Shown: positions 1 through 9,277 of the stretch, one piece after another | Layout of the letters: each line of letters opens with the position of its first letter | Position numbering within the stretch: the stretch's first letter is position 1 | Assembly (NCBI GenBank): GCA_051942205.1 | Contig: JAVECO010000048.1 | Location: forward strand, 113,100-133,099 | Direction: 5' to 3' | From: Coniocarpon cinnabarinum | Taxonomy: Eukaryota | Length of the DNA: 20,000 nt | Program-made: the position numbers and the translations under genes | The notes under the pieces: generated by a model | Database searches by the model: none | Told to the model about the DNA's origin: nothing | The model's input: the letters and a program-made list of their open reading frames with translations, nothing else

Positions 1-829
1 CGTTTGTCCGGACAGCAAAGGTATAACAACTATAACCCTGGACTCTGGTGCACAGGAGTGGCTGATGATTGTTGTAGTTGCATTACTGGGGTACAGTAAT
101 GTAAGTTGGTCTGTGCTGATGTCATATTCATGACAACTGGCTGCGAACGGCGATCAACTCTGGTATGGATAAATATTAAGAGTAGGCAATACTGACGAAG
201 CTGGTTCATCAGGGCGCCGCTTGCGTTAGCAATGCCATCTGCGGTACCAGCTCACTGCCTTACATCCCAACCAGGCCCCTAGCAGAGCTATACGCAAACA
301 ATGGTATTGTTCAATTCCACAGAACTTTCATCAAGAAGCGTCTTGCCCCTCAGGGTATTGGCTTCTGGGAGCCTTCTTTGTGCTCTGAAACTAACACATT
401 GCGACCGCAGTCGTTGCTACAGTCGTTTGGGGCGACCTGACCCGCGCTGCGTTTCGAGATCAATGGAACCTTGGGACTTGTCCGAGATATCAACCCGGTG
501 TACGTTTTCCGCCTGGTCGCATCTTGTCTTACTACCGTCGTGCTTCAAACACCTTGCAAGCACTCTCAACACCAGACGTCACGTGATCATGACCATGTTA
601 GATCGCTAACGGTCCGGCGCAGATCCACGCCCGGATCGACAATATAGCATGTAGTCCGTTCTCTACTGGCTATAGAAGTTACTGCAACGATGGCGACAAC
701 TTTTGTTGTTCAAGTCAGGATACATCGAATGATGCCCATCATACGTATCAGAATTACTACACGGACAGCACAACGGAGTGGGTGGTCCAGCAGTATCAAA
801 GTGCTGTGGGAACTGGGAGCGTACGATAG
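1..829 (+). CDS. Cutinase/acetyl xylan esterase family protein (CAZy CE5, alpha/beta hydrolase), 5'-truncated by window; exons <1-20, 78-100, 213-303, 411-499, 623-829
   Basis: Splicing GT..AG introns 21-77, 101-212, 304-410 and 500-622 (branch sites GCTGAT, ACTGAC, ACTAAC, GCTAAC) gives VCPDSKVALLGYSNGAACVSNAICGTS...VVATVVWGDLTRAAFRDQWNLGTC...RSYCNDGDNFCCSSQDTSNDAHHTYQNYY...*. This matches the CE5/Axe pattern CP..K.vLvGYSQG / GDP...YNVGTC / SYCD..DPYCC...H..Y. Ser, Asp and His triad candidates are all present. Not in the ORF track. Confidence 0.9.
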
Positions 830-1802
830 GTGTCTTGGCCTAGGTCGTGGTCAGAACGGGGATGATGGATGAGGAAGAAGTGGTCATGAAGCATGAGAAA
901 GAGCGAACAGACTGGAGTCATGGATCTGTGGATGGACTGAAAGAAGGACAGCGCGGACATGTGAGGGCCGGGTAGCGGGAGCGAGGCATGGTATGGAATT
1001 AAGGAAGCTTGCTCTGTTATTTGCCATGATGATGGCTTCCCTTCTTGTACATGCTTCTTGGACAGAATTCGAAGTAGTTTGAATTGGATCTAATTATTAA
1101 GACACGGGTCCTTCAAAACTGGCAGGAATAAGCTTCTCTGTACACTTTGTCCTCTGGGCTGTGTCCCGCAACGAAGTTGCGGTATGCTCACGTCAACTTA
1201 GTGACCTCATAAAGCACTGAAAGCACATTACTGTGCATGAATCCTGACATCTTGGAAGCGCTTTGAAGACTGCGTTTTCTCTACTACGCTCTTGATAGCC
1301 CTACTTCTTGGAAGAAAGTGTCTATTGCTTCTGCATCCAGTATATAATTTAAAGACTTGTAGACAATGGTGCTGTGGGCAACCATGCTTGACTTAGCTAT
1401 GACTTCTTAGTCATGATAAATAAACATTCCCTGCTATTTCTTCGGAGATTCAATACAGTGTCCAGAGCGCTTGCCGGCGATGCTTTAAATATGAATCAAA
1501 AAGAACCATGGACAGAAGTCCTTACCGGATTTCGGTCCACAATACAGTACGAATAATTCGGATCAGAAAGCCATAGGTACAACGACGAAAGCCTTTTGTA
1601 GCATATAAGACGCTAAATTGAAGTGCGGTAAGTACTTTCTTATCAGGCGCTTCCGGTAACGAAGGATGGAACATGGTCTTGCTGCCTTGACACTCCATTT
1701 TGTTGTATAAGGCAATGCGTACATAACGCTAAACTATATCATGCATATGGACAACGCCCCTTCCTAGCCACTCGCCGAACCTCAAAATTCATTGCTATAC
1801 GC

Positions 1803-3521
1803 TCAGAGGTTCTCCAACAACCTTTCAAAAGCCGCCTTCAGGCGTAGCTCCATACCAGGTTCCGACCGTCCTTCAGCAAGCGCCATAACTATTGTGTAAT
1901 AGTCAAGCTTTTCTTCATCTTCGAATGCTCTATCTTCGGCGCTCTCTCCGTTCGCAGGATTATCGCGGTCGACATCCATCATCTCTACGTCTGTCTGAAG
2001 AGGCTCGTTTGCCGAGTCGGCTGAGTTGACGGCATCATTGGTCATGACGTCTATCTTCAGGCCGGAGTCGATCCGTGCAGTTTCTAGCGCTCCTTCGGTG
2101 ATATTGGTGGTGATGTTGACGTCGGGAAGATTACTATCGTGAGCGAATTCCTTTTCTTCTTCATCTCTTTGCTCGTCGTCGTCAACAGAACGTGAAGCAT
2201 TCTCAATCTCGCCCATCTCCTGGACAAACTTTTGTATGATTTCCGCTGTGCACATCGGCTCTCGCGCGGCGATGTTTAGCGCCTCAACAAGAAGAGACTG
2301 TTTCATCGTCTTCATAGCAGCTTGAGCAATTGCTTCCACATACGGATCGTCAGCGTATTGATGACGTGTCACCTCTCCAATACTCTCGACATAGATACTC
2401 CGATAATGCTGCAGCATCTCAGGCGAGTCTGGGGGGCCCGCAACCAGAGACTCACCCTCCTCATCGACCTCGCCATACTCGTGCATGGCAGGATCCCAAT
2501 CTCGCGTCAAGAACGAAGGGTAACGCAGGCAGCCCAAGACCCTCGGCGCAGCGGCAACACCATCCCAATCGAGGATACCGTGGAGACTGCCGTTCGTCCC
2601 CGAAACAAGAATATTCTGATGATCGAAATCCGGATGGCTCGACTCGAACCGCGCTTCAGTCTCGGTAAACGCAAAGAACCAGTTGAGCATCATTTTCGCA
2701 AGGAGCAGGTTGCCTCGTTGCATGGCTACGAGGTTTGGTTCCGCGAGACGGCGCTCGATATGATGCAGGAAAAATGACTGTACATTGGTAAAGACGCCAG
2801 ACTCGTAGAAAGCGTCATCAAGGATCTCGGGGTCCTGCTCGTTGTCTTCCTTTTCGAAAGCAGGCGCGTTATCATGGCAGCGCTGGGACGTCATGCGGAG
2901 GAGACCGTCGCGCTCATTTGCCACCACGAGACCGCCCTCGGAGAAGGTCCAACGCGAAAGCTGCACACTGGCGCGTGCCAGCTCTTGCAGGGCGCGCGTA
3001 CGACGCTGTGCCAGAACAGACTCGCCTTCGTCTTCATCCCACCAGACGTTGGAGAGAGGTTCACCCTCAATAAACTGCATCAAAATGAATGGACAGCCGA
3101 GGATCTCGAAATCAGTTGCATACGCAAAGACCTCTGGAACAGGGATGCCAGTGTGGCGCTTGATCTCCTTCATAACCCAGACTTCTGCCTGCATTCGCTC
3201 GGCGTCGCCATCATCGAAGACGTCAGGATCTCCGCACCCGGGTATCTTGAGAAGCCACTTTTCACCGTCGTCGAAAACAATGGGAAAGAGTACGTGGAAC
3301 CCGCCATAAATGGGCGGGTGCTGCACTCGAGCCCTGCGAAAGCTATACGATAGGTTGGGCGATGATGAATCTGGCGACATGAGACGTCGTCGAATCCCCA
3401 TAACAAAATCAGGCACAAGATCCAATCTCAGAACCTGGAGCACATGGTAGAAGGCGTCATAAGGATTGTAGGATCCATCGGAGACAGAGTCCTGGAAAAG
3501 AGGGTGTTCGTCCAAATCCAT
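1803..3521 (-). CDS. Aminoglycoside phosphotransferase (APH)/choline kinase-like family protein, paralog 1 (572 aa, intronless)
   Basis: Long ORF; first ATG at 3521 (track start 3587 is non-ATG). Motifs: GGFHVLF loop, WLLKIP (beta3 Lys), EVWVM (helix C Glu), IPVPEV, HPDFDHQN (HxDxxxxN), GILDWDG, then LGCLRYPSFLTRDWDP. Confidence 0.9.
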   Translation of the reverse strand: MDLDEHPLFQDSVSDGSYNPYDAFYHVLQVLRLDLVPDFVMGIRRRLMSPDSSSPNLSYSFRRARVQHPPIYGGFHVLFPIVFDDGEKWLLKIPGCGDPDVFDDGDAERMQAEVWVMKEIKRHTGIPVPEVFAYATDFEILGCPFILMQFIEGEPLSNVWWDEDEGESVLAQRRTRALQELARASVQLSRWTFSEGGLVVANERDGLLRMTSQRCHDNAPAFEKEDNEQDPEILDDAFYESGVFTNVQSFFLHHIERRLAEPNLVAMQRGNLLLAKMMLNWFFAFTETEARFESSHPDFDHQNILVSGTNGSLHGILDWDGVAAAPRVLGCLRYPSFLTRDWDPAMHEYGEVDEEGESLVAGPPDSPEMLQHYRSIYVESIGEVTRHQYADDPYVEAIAQAAMKTMKQSLLVEALNIAAREPMCTAEIIQKFVQEMGEIENASRSVDDDEQRDEEEKEFAHDSNLPDVNITTNITEGALETARIDSGLKIDVMTNDAVNSADSANEPLQTDVEMMDVDRDNPANGESAEDRAFEDEEKLDYYTIVMALAEGRSEPGMELRLKAAFERLLENL

Positions 3522-4491
3522 GCTGAGGTTGAGAAAAATGGACGCAATGTGCCTGGACTTTGATCGCTTGCTGATCAAGTCGAGCAAGTTTCAGAGACTT
3601 TTCAAACAGGCTCCTGCACCGTAGCAAACTCCACCGTTGCAACGCAATGTATTTCGTAGCGATCGTGTGCGCGCCGACAGAGCTTTAAATCGCGTAATAC
3701 ATTGTGCAGCTCCTGTCTGCGTTTGGCCCAATGAGTGAAGATGGCACTGTCCAGTGCGTGAAGGCAAGTGAGCTTTCCTGCACTATGCATTGGCATTACA
3801 TTGACGCAATACCAGGTCCATGGTGACAACTATGACGGGGTTCGCTTAGTACGAACATTTCGGTGATTCGAGGCGCCCCTATGTATATTCTCAAACACAA
3901 CTATGCTGCGACTGTGCTCTAGTAGACGTCATTAAAAGCACGGCTGTCAAAGGTAGTACAGCAGCGCAAGCCTGACGTGCTCGGTGGAAATTCATAGATT
4001 GCGAAGGTATTTCAGTGGTCGTGTTGGATTAGTATGGAGGGGATTCGTGGGTTGTATTCGTAGTAGATGTATCTTCTTATCTCTTATCTAAGGGGTAATG
4101 AGTAGTTGCGGAGAGTCTGCTGCGCAGCATCTTCTCTACGTGAACGCTTGGCTCGGACATCGTTGCAAATGTGAGAGGCCTTCGTAGTGCTACTCACCGG
4201 CCAGGTCGGCTTGGGCAAACGTATACTGGTTGCGCGGATAAGTCCTGTACAGCTTTGCTTCTCAATGCTTTTGCCTTGAGACGGGTATCTTGCCAAACAT
4301 TTGATTGACATGAATGTAGCGTCAAATGAATTCTGCAAGATAGGCCCGTTTCCAAGACTCCCACTGTGGGGCTAGCCTTGCAACCAATTTACTGTCTTTG
4401 CACACCTAAGCTTACTCTCGGGTCTCGTCGAGACTGCCTAAATCTGCACTGGCAGAACAGGTAGCGCTGGTTTTTCTATGTATCCATAGGA

Positions 4492-4821
4492 ATGAAGTAT
4501 CTCTGGCACGTATAGGCCTTTTTAATTTCCCCTCTGCATCGACTGGGACTCACTTGAGGCAGTGCTGAAGGTGACCATGCGAGTCGATATTTCTGTTTAG
4601 GTCATATGACGTGGGGCAAGCGCCATGGTATATCATACTCGCCCAGTGAAGAAGTGGAGTGATGTTATACAGGCGGTTCGAACGAAGCAGAGGGGAAAGC
4701 AAAAGGTCATCAACTCGATGAAGAGAACAAGAGAAAGAAGTAAGACTACCAGCGTAAGAGAAGAGGGGATGCAAAGCAGCGAAGCAACAAATCAGCATCA
4801 GATAAAAGCCCTGGGAAGTAG
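4492..4821 (+). pseudogene. Decayed paralog of the small Cys/His-finger, Lys/Glu-rich gene at 8297-8703
   Basis: ATG AAG TAT CTC TG | intron 4506-4562 (GCACGT...ACTCAC...CAG, 57 nt) | T GCT GAA GGT... translates as MKYLCAEGDHASRYFCLGHMTWGKRHGISYSPSEEVE*CYTGGSNEAEGKAKGHQLDEENKRKK*DYQRKRRGDAKQRSNKSASDKSPGK*. It has the same phase-2 intron inside the first Cys codon and the same GHxxx[C/G]xxHxxxYxPx6CxT[C/G] spacing as the intact copy. In-frame stops at 4660 and 4741. True 5' end uncertain. Confidence 0.7.
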
Positions 4822-5892
4822 CAGGATGGGGACGATGTCGGGCAGCCCAAATGCTCGCGTCTAATTGCGTGTAAAATTAATTGTTGAAACTTCATACATC
4901 AGAAAATTGCAAGAACTCTGGAGGCCTACTCGTGCAAGGATTGACACTATCTGCGCGACGCCTACAGCCAGACCCACCTTGCTCGACTGCTGGAAGTCAT
5001 TCTGGGCAGCCGGCGGTGGATATGTGTGTGTGCGGAAGCCTCTTTCCCACTCTTCTTTCATGTTTTTGCAAAGCATTCGGCTTGGTTTTCCAACTGTAAG
5101 AAAATGAACAGGGAGATGTCTGTAGGATGCCATCGATGTCGTAGTACTGAGGTGTCACCGGTTCGCAGAAGCACCGAGCTTGATTCTACCGTCGCCTTGC
5201 TTGTGTGTGCCGCCTCGTACTTGAGACGAAATAGACGAAAATCAAGGAAATGGCGTGTCCTTGAGCAATGGTCGCGTGGCGAACGGCAACGGACAAAGGT
5301 CGCATTGCAATGCATGATAGAGGTTCCACAGACGCGACACCACTTTCCGAGGTTGGGTCGCGTGAGTCACGTAAAGAAGCAATTGTGAGAGCATCTTGCG
5401 CACGCCTCGTTGTGAAAGATGATACAATCAGAATGCCCGACCAGGAGCACATGCTCGATCTGCCCAAATGACCGGCTTTAGAATGTTTTGAACAATTGAA
5501 GGAGGTCCCCTAGCGCGGTATTTGTGCCGCAGCGTGCGTGCCACGATTTCTGATACCATACCTCAGGCGAAGACCAAGGAAGGTAGCAAAAAACGTGGCA
5601 CAAATGCCACATCGTGAAACATATTTTATTCACTTGAATATGGAAACATGGTCAAGCTCTGGATAATAGAGCCACTTTCCTGATCTTGCTAGACGTATCT
5701 CTGCTCGAATATTTGATGAGTACAGGACACTTCCAACATTTCCCTATGCGCCACCACATATGCAACCAAATCTTGGACTTCCTGCCAGACATCTCAGACA
5801 TTTGATTACGGCATGTGAGTGCTTCAATCCTGTGAACCGCCAGTAGATACTCTACTACGTATGAAGGTACAGAGACGATGCTCCTACTCCCA

Positions 5893-7593
5893 TCAGTACA
5901 CACCCTCATCAACACGAGCCATGAACTGTTCGAACGCGCCTTTGATACGCGCCTCAACTTCTGGATCAAGCTCGCCCGCTGCGATGTCGGTGATTATGTT
6001 GTAGAAGTAGAGCTGGTCACTCTCGAAATCATCTTCATCATCAGTATCATTGACGACTTCGTCATGCTCTTCCATGGTGCCGTTTGGTGGGGCTTGAAAG
6101 CTGCTCATATCGTTGGTGTCTGCTGCCGAGGCTTGTTGGCGAAGTTCTTGATCTATCTTCGAAATCTCATTGAAGATCTTGCGAGCCACTCCGCTGGTGG
6201 AGCATGGGTCCCGCACTGCCGAGTACAATGCTCCGAAGATCAACGACCGCCTTGTGGTAGTCGCTCCTGCGGAGACGAGCTCAGTGACATTCGCATCGTT
6301 TCCCTCGACTCCATGCCACTTCGCAAGATGCTTCTCGATGTTCGAAAGATATATATCCCGGTAGAACTTCAGAGTCTCTGGGGAATCATCTGCGATGGAA
6401 GCTAGGCCATCACTTTCGGTTTCATTTGGGTCGTAATCGTACTGATTGGGATCCCAATCCCTTGTCAGAAATTCTGGATACGACAAGCAACCAAGAATCT
6501 TTGGGACGGCTTGTAGCCCGTCCCAATCGATAATTCCCGTGACATGACCGTCTTCACAGACCATGCAATTTCTAGTACCGAAATCCGGATGTGCCAGCTC
6601 AAATTGTGCAGCACCATGTTGTAAGTTCAACCAGGCGAGCATGCGTTTCACTAGTAGCAGGTTGCCTTTCTGCCGAATCAATAAATTTGGTGTTTGTAGA
6701 CGATGACTCACATGACCAGTGAAATACTCCTCTACGTTCTGAAATGGCCCGAGCTCAAAGGACGGATTTGCAGGTGATTGTTTCTTTGTTCCCGGTTCGA
6801 CCGGCTCCCAGACTGGAACCAGGTCCTCATAGGACTGCGCGGCTGGGCTCTCTAGCTTACCCGGTGTGTCTACCAAGACAAGTCCGCCTTCGTCAAACGT
6901 CCATTTCTGAAGCTGGATCATTGCGGCAGCCAGCTCATCCAGGATGCGAAGTCGTCGTTCTTGGAGCGTCGAAGGGGTGACCTCGATGCTGAACCAAACG
7001 TTTTGAAGCACATCTCCTTCGAGATACTCCATGAGAACGAAAGGGTACCCGACCTTGTCGTGCCCAGTCTCGCTGGCGTACACTTCTGGCACGGGAATCC
7101 CGGTCTCTTGATGGAGCATCTTCAAGATCTCAGGCTCAGACTCTACTTCAGCCGCATGGGAGATGTCATAATCATCTGCAGTCCCTGTCCTAGGCAGTCG
7201 AAGAAGCCATTTCGTCCCGTCATTAAACACGATGGGAAACAAGATGTTGAACGTGCCGAACATTGGCTCAACATCCAGACAAATCTTCGCCGAAATCGAG
7301 CACGAGGGATTCGAAGGCAAGCTGGCTAGCATTTGTTTTTGCCGTGTCTCAACTGCAAACTTTGACAGAGCCTCTTGATCAAGCACTTCCAGTATCTCCG
7401 CAAGCTCTTCAGGACGATCATATGTGGGTGAATCAGGTTCTTCGGATGGATTATCTGTCGGTAGGTCAAGTTCCTGGGACTGATTATCTGTCAGTAGGTC
7501 AAGTTCTTCTCGACGCTCAGCTGTCGGAGAATCGTCCTGAAATGTGGTGGACTCCCGTGCGTTTTTCTGCATTATCTCTAGGAGGAACTTCAT
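5893..7593 (-). CDS. APH/choline kinase-like family protein, paralog 2 (566 aa, intronless)
   Basis: ATG-initiated long ORF with GTFNILF, WLLRLP, ESEPEIL, IPVPEV, HPDFGTRN, GIIDWDG and LGCLSYPEFLTRDWDP. Collinear with paralog 1 through to the C-terminal helix. Confidence 0.9.
   Translation of the reverse strand: MKFLLEIMQKNARESTTFQDDSPTAERREELDLLTDNQSQELDLPTDNPSEEPDSPTYDRPEELAEILEVLDQEALSKFAVETRQKQMLASLPSNPSCSISAKICLDVEPMFGTFNILFPIVFNDGTKWLLRLPRTGTADDYDISHAAEVESEPEILKMLHQETGIPVPEVYASETGHDKVGYPFVLMEYLEGDVLQNVWFSIEVTPSTLQERRLRILDELAAAMIQLQKWTFDEGGLVLVDTPGKLESPAAQSYEDLVPVWEPVEPGTKKQSPANPSFELGPFQNVEEYFTGHVSHRLQTPNLLIRQKGNLLLVKRMLAWLNLQHGAAQFELAHPDFGTRNCMVCEDGHVTGIIDWDGLQAVPKILGCLSYPEFLTRDWDPNQYDYDPNETESDGLASIADDSPETLKFYRDIYLSNIEKHLAKWHGVEGNDANVTELVSAGATTTRRSLIFGALYSAVRDPCSTSGVARKIFNEISKIDQELRQQASAADTNDMSSFQAPPNGTMEEHDEVVNDTDDEDDFESDQLYFYNIITDIAAGELDPEVEARIKGAFEQFMARVDEGVY
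7416..7506. repeat. 33-bp period coding tandem repeat, about 3 units, in the N-terminus of APH paralog 2
   Basis: GATTATCTGTC[G/A]GTAGGTCAAGTTC at 7449-7473 and 7482-7506, plus a degenerate copy GATCATATGTGGGTGAATCAGGTTC at 7416-7440. Encodes ELDLLTDNQSQ/ELDLPTDNPSE/EPDSPTYDRPE. Confidence 0.85.
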
Positions 7594-8296
7594 GATAGCG
7601 ACACAAGAAGCTGATTATTAGAGCAAACAAGTTGATAATTTCGAAAGTTGTATAGCGTCGTAAATGGTAATGAGGTTCTGTTTCGCAGAGGTGCACAGCA
7701 TTCAACCGACGAAACGAAAAGACGAAATATATACAGGTAGCAGTGTTCTCCATCGGCTGACTGCATAAAACATCACAGTAGTTGGACACTAGCGGGGCTG
7801 CACTGTGTGATTCTTGTGCGCGGTACGGGTAATCATTGCCAGCCCAATTTCTTGTTGCGAATCAGCAACCCTGGAGCTATCGACCTCACATAATACTGTC
7901 AAACATGAGTCACAGTCACCTTTCCTGAGAGCGAGTAAGACATGGTATGCTTGCAGCGTTGCCGTTCAAGCCCACGAAGTTGGGATATGACGGTGCCTGA
8001 GCTTCATTGTGTGCTCACCACATCGATCGGATAGAACAGGGGCCTGAATGGAACAGCGATTGGTGATTAGATCATTGATCGAACTGTGTCAAGAAGGGGA
8101 AGATGATGTTAAGCCGAGAATGTCTCTCGCCTCCAAGATAATGCTTAAAAGGGGAGTCCCTCGCTTGATGAGTTGATCTCGGGAAGCACAGCATCGCACT
8201 GACTTACGAGACAAATCAGAAGCATCTAAAGATACGCGAACTCATTGAGACTACTTCGAGTCGCACCCCAGATCTTTCAGCTACGAATCTATCAAA

Positions 8297-8703
8297 ATGG
8301 CGGCAAAGTCCAAAAGCAGTGTCGGCCATCATGTCACCTCTAAGAGACACCACTGGTAGGTTTCGCTCATTTCTCGTGGAATACTTATGGATTTGCGCTA
8401 ACAGTGTACAGTCCCATTTGCAAAAAAGCCGCTAGCAGCCAGTGTGTATCTGCCGGCCACGTGAAGGAGTGTCCCGTACACAATACATGGTATTGCCCAA
8501 ATCGAGGCAGCAGGACTTGCATTACCTGTCTAGAAGAGGCCGAAATTGCCTACGAGCAGCAACAGCAGCAACAGCGGAACAAGAAAAAGAAAGAAGAAGC
8601 AGAGCGCAAGCGCAAGGAAGAAGAAGCCAACTGGGGCAAAAAACCAGCTGGTAAGCCTGGAACAGAGTCAAGCAAGAAGTATGGAAACAAAGGACAGAAG
8701 TAA
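8297..8703 (+). CDS. Small (116 aa) putative zinc-finger protein with polyQ and Lys/Glu-rich C-terminal tail; exons 8297-8355, 8412-8703
   Basis: CAAAATGG start context; 56-nt intron 8356-8411 (GTAGGT...GCTAAC...CAG) restores the frame. Product: MAAKSKSSVGHHVTSKRHHCPICKKAASSQCVSAGHVKECPVHNTWYCPNRGSRTCITCLEEAEIAYEQQQQQQRNKKKKEEAERKRKEEEANWGKKPAGKPGTESSKKYGNKGQK. Confidence 0.8.
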
Positions 8704-9277
8704 CCGAGCCGCACAGACAATCACTCATTCCGAGAATTTGTTGCCCGCTATGTCTCATTAGTTAGAGGACCGCTTGAGCAGGCTGGTAAGTGGAGAGAGA
8801 TAGCGCTATACAGATACTGTATGGGCTATGGCAGTTTTGGAGGAGGGCGACGGGCGTGCTGTATGAGTAAGTTGTATTTTCCCATTGTGCAAATAGGGCA
8901 GTAGACACTGGTCGGTAAATTTACTCAGATTTGAAGCTTTGCTGAAACTAAACCCCTGCTGAACAGCTCTATGATCATTCATCTCATGCCTTTCTGGCTT
9001 ATACAATGCAAAAAGTAGGGTTTGGAACAAACGAAGATTTCTCTCTTAGTTGCAAGTTCGTGATAACCGTTCTGAGCAGCTAACGCATCTCATCATATTG
9101 GTGAAGAATGATCGCATGTCAGGCGTGAAGAGAAGGTGGGTTTCAGTCTAAATGAGAAGAGTACATGGCGTCCTAAGCGTAATCTGCAGGCCATGTGGGG
9201 TCGCCTTGCCTCAGTGAGCACACATGGCTGCATTCTCCTCCTTCAAAACCTGCTTGCTTGAGGATTTGCGTGTGCGT

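Noticed and set aside
301..872. Track ORFs 301-609 and 690-872
   Set aside because: They are off-frame or intron-spanning overlaps of the spliced CE5 gene.
3522..3587. N-terminal extension of APH paralog 1 in the ORF track
   Set aside because: It starts at a non-ATG codon; the first ATG is at 3521.
4625..4864. 79-aa + strand ORF as a real gene
   Set aside because: It is an alternative frame over the finger pseudogene; the stop-containing frame is the one that matches 8297-8703.
1803..7593. Calling the kinases antibiotic-resistance genes, bacterial transfers or SPOK homologs
   Set aside because: APH-fold proteins are widespread in ascomycetes and often intronless. I see no PD-(D/E)xK nuclease or in-protein cysteine cluster, so SPOK is only an analogy.
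2322..7595. Plus-strand ORFs overlapping the kinases (e.g. 2322-2777, 2842-3353, 5878-6405, 6961-7329)
   Set aside because: Antisense shadows of real genes with no recognisable motifs.
8401..8404. ACAG at 8404 as acceptor for the finger gene intron
   Set aside because: It directly abuts the branch site and shifts the frame; the CAG ending at 8411 gives CPIC and an open frame.
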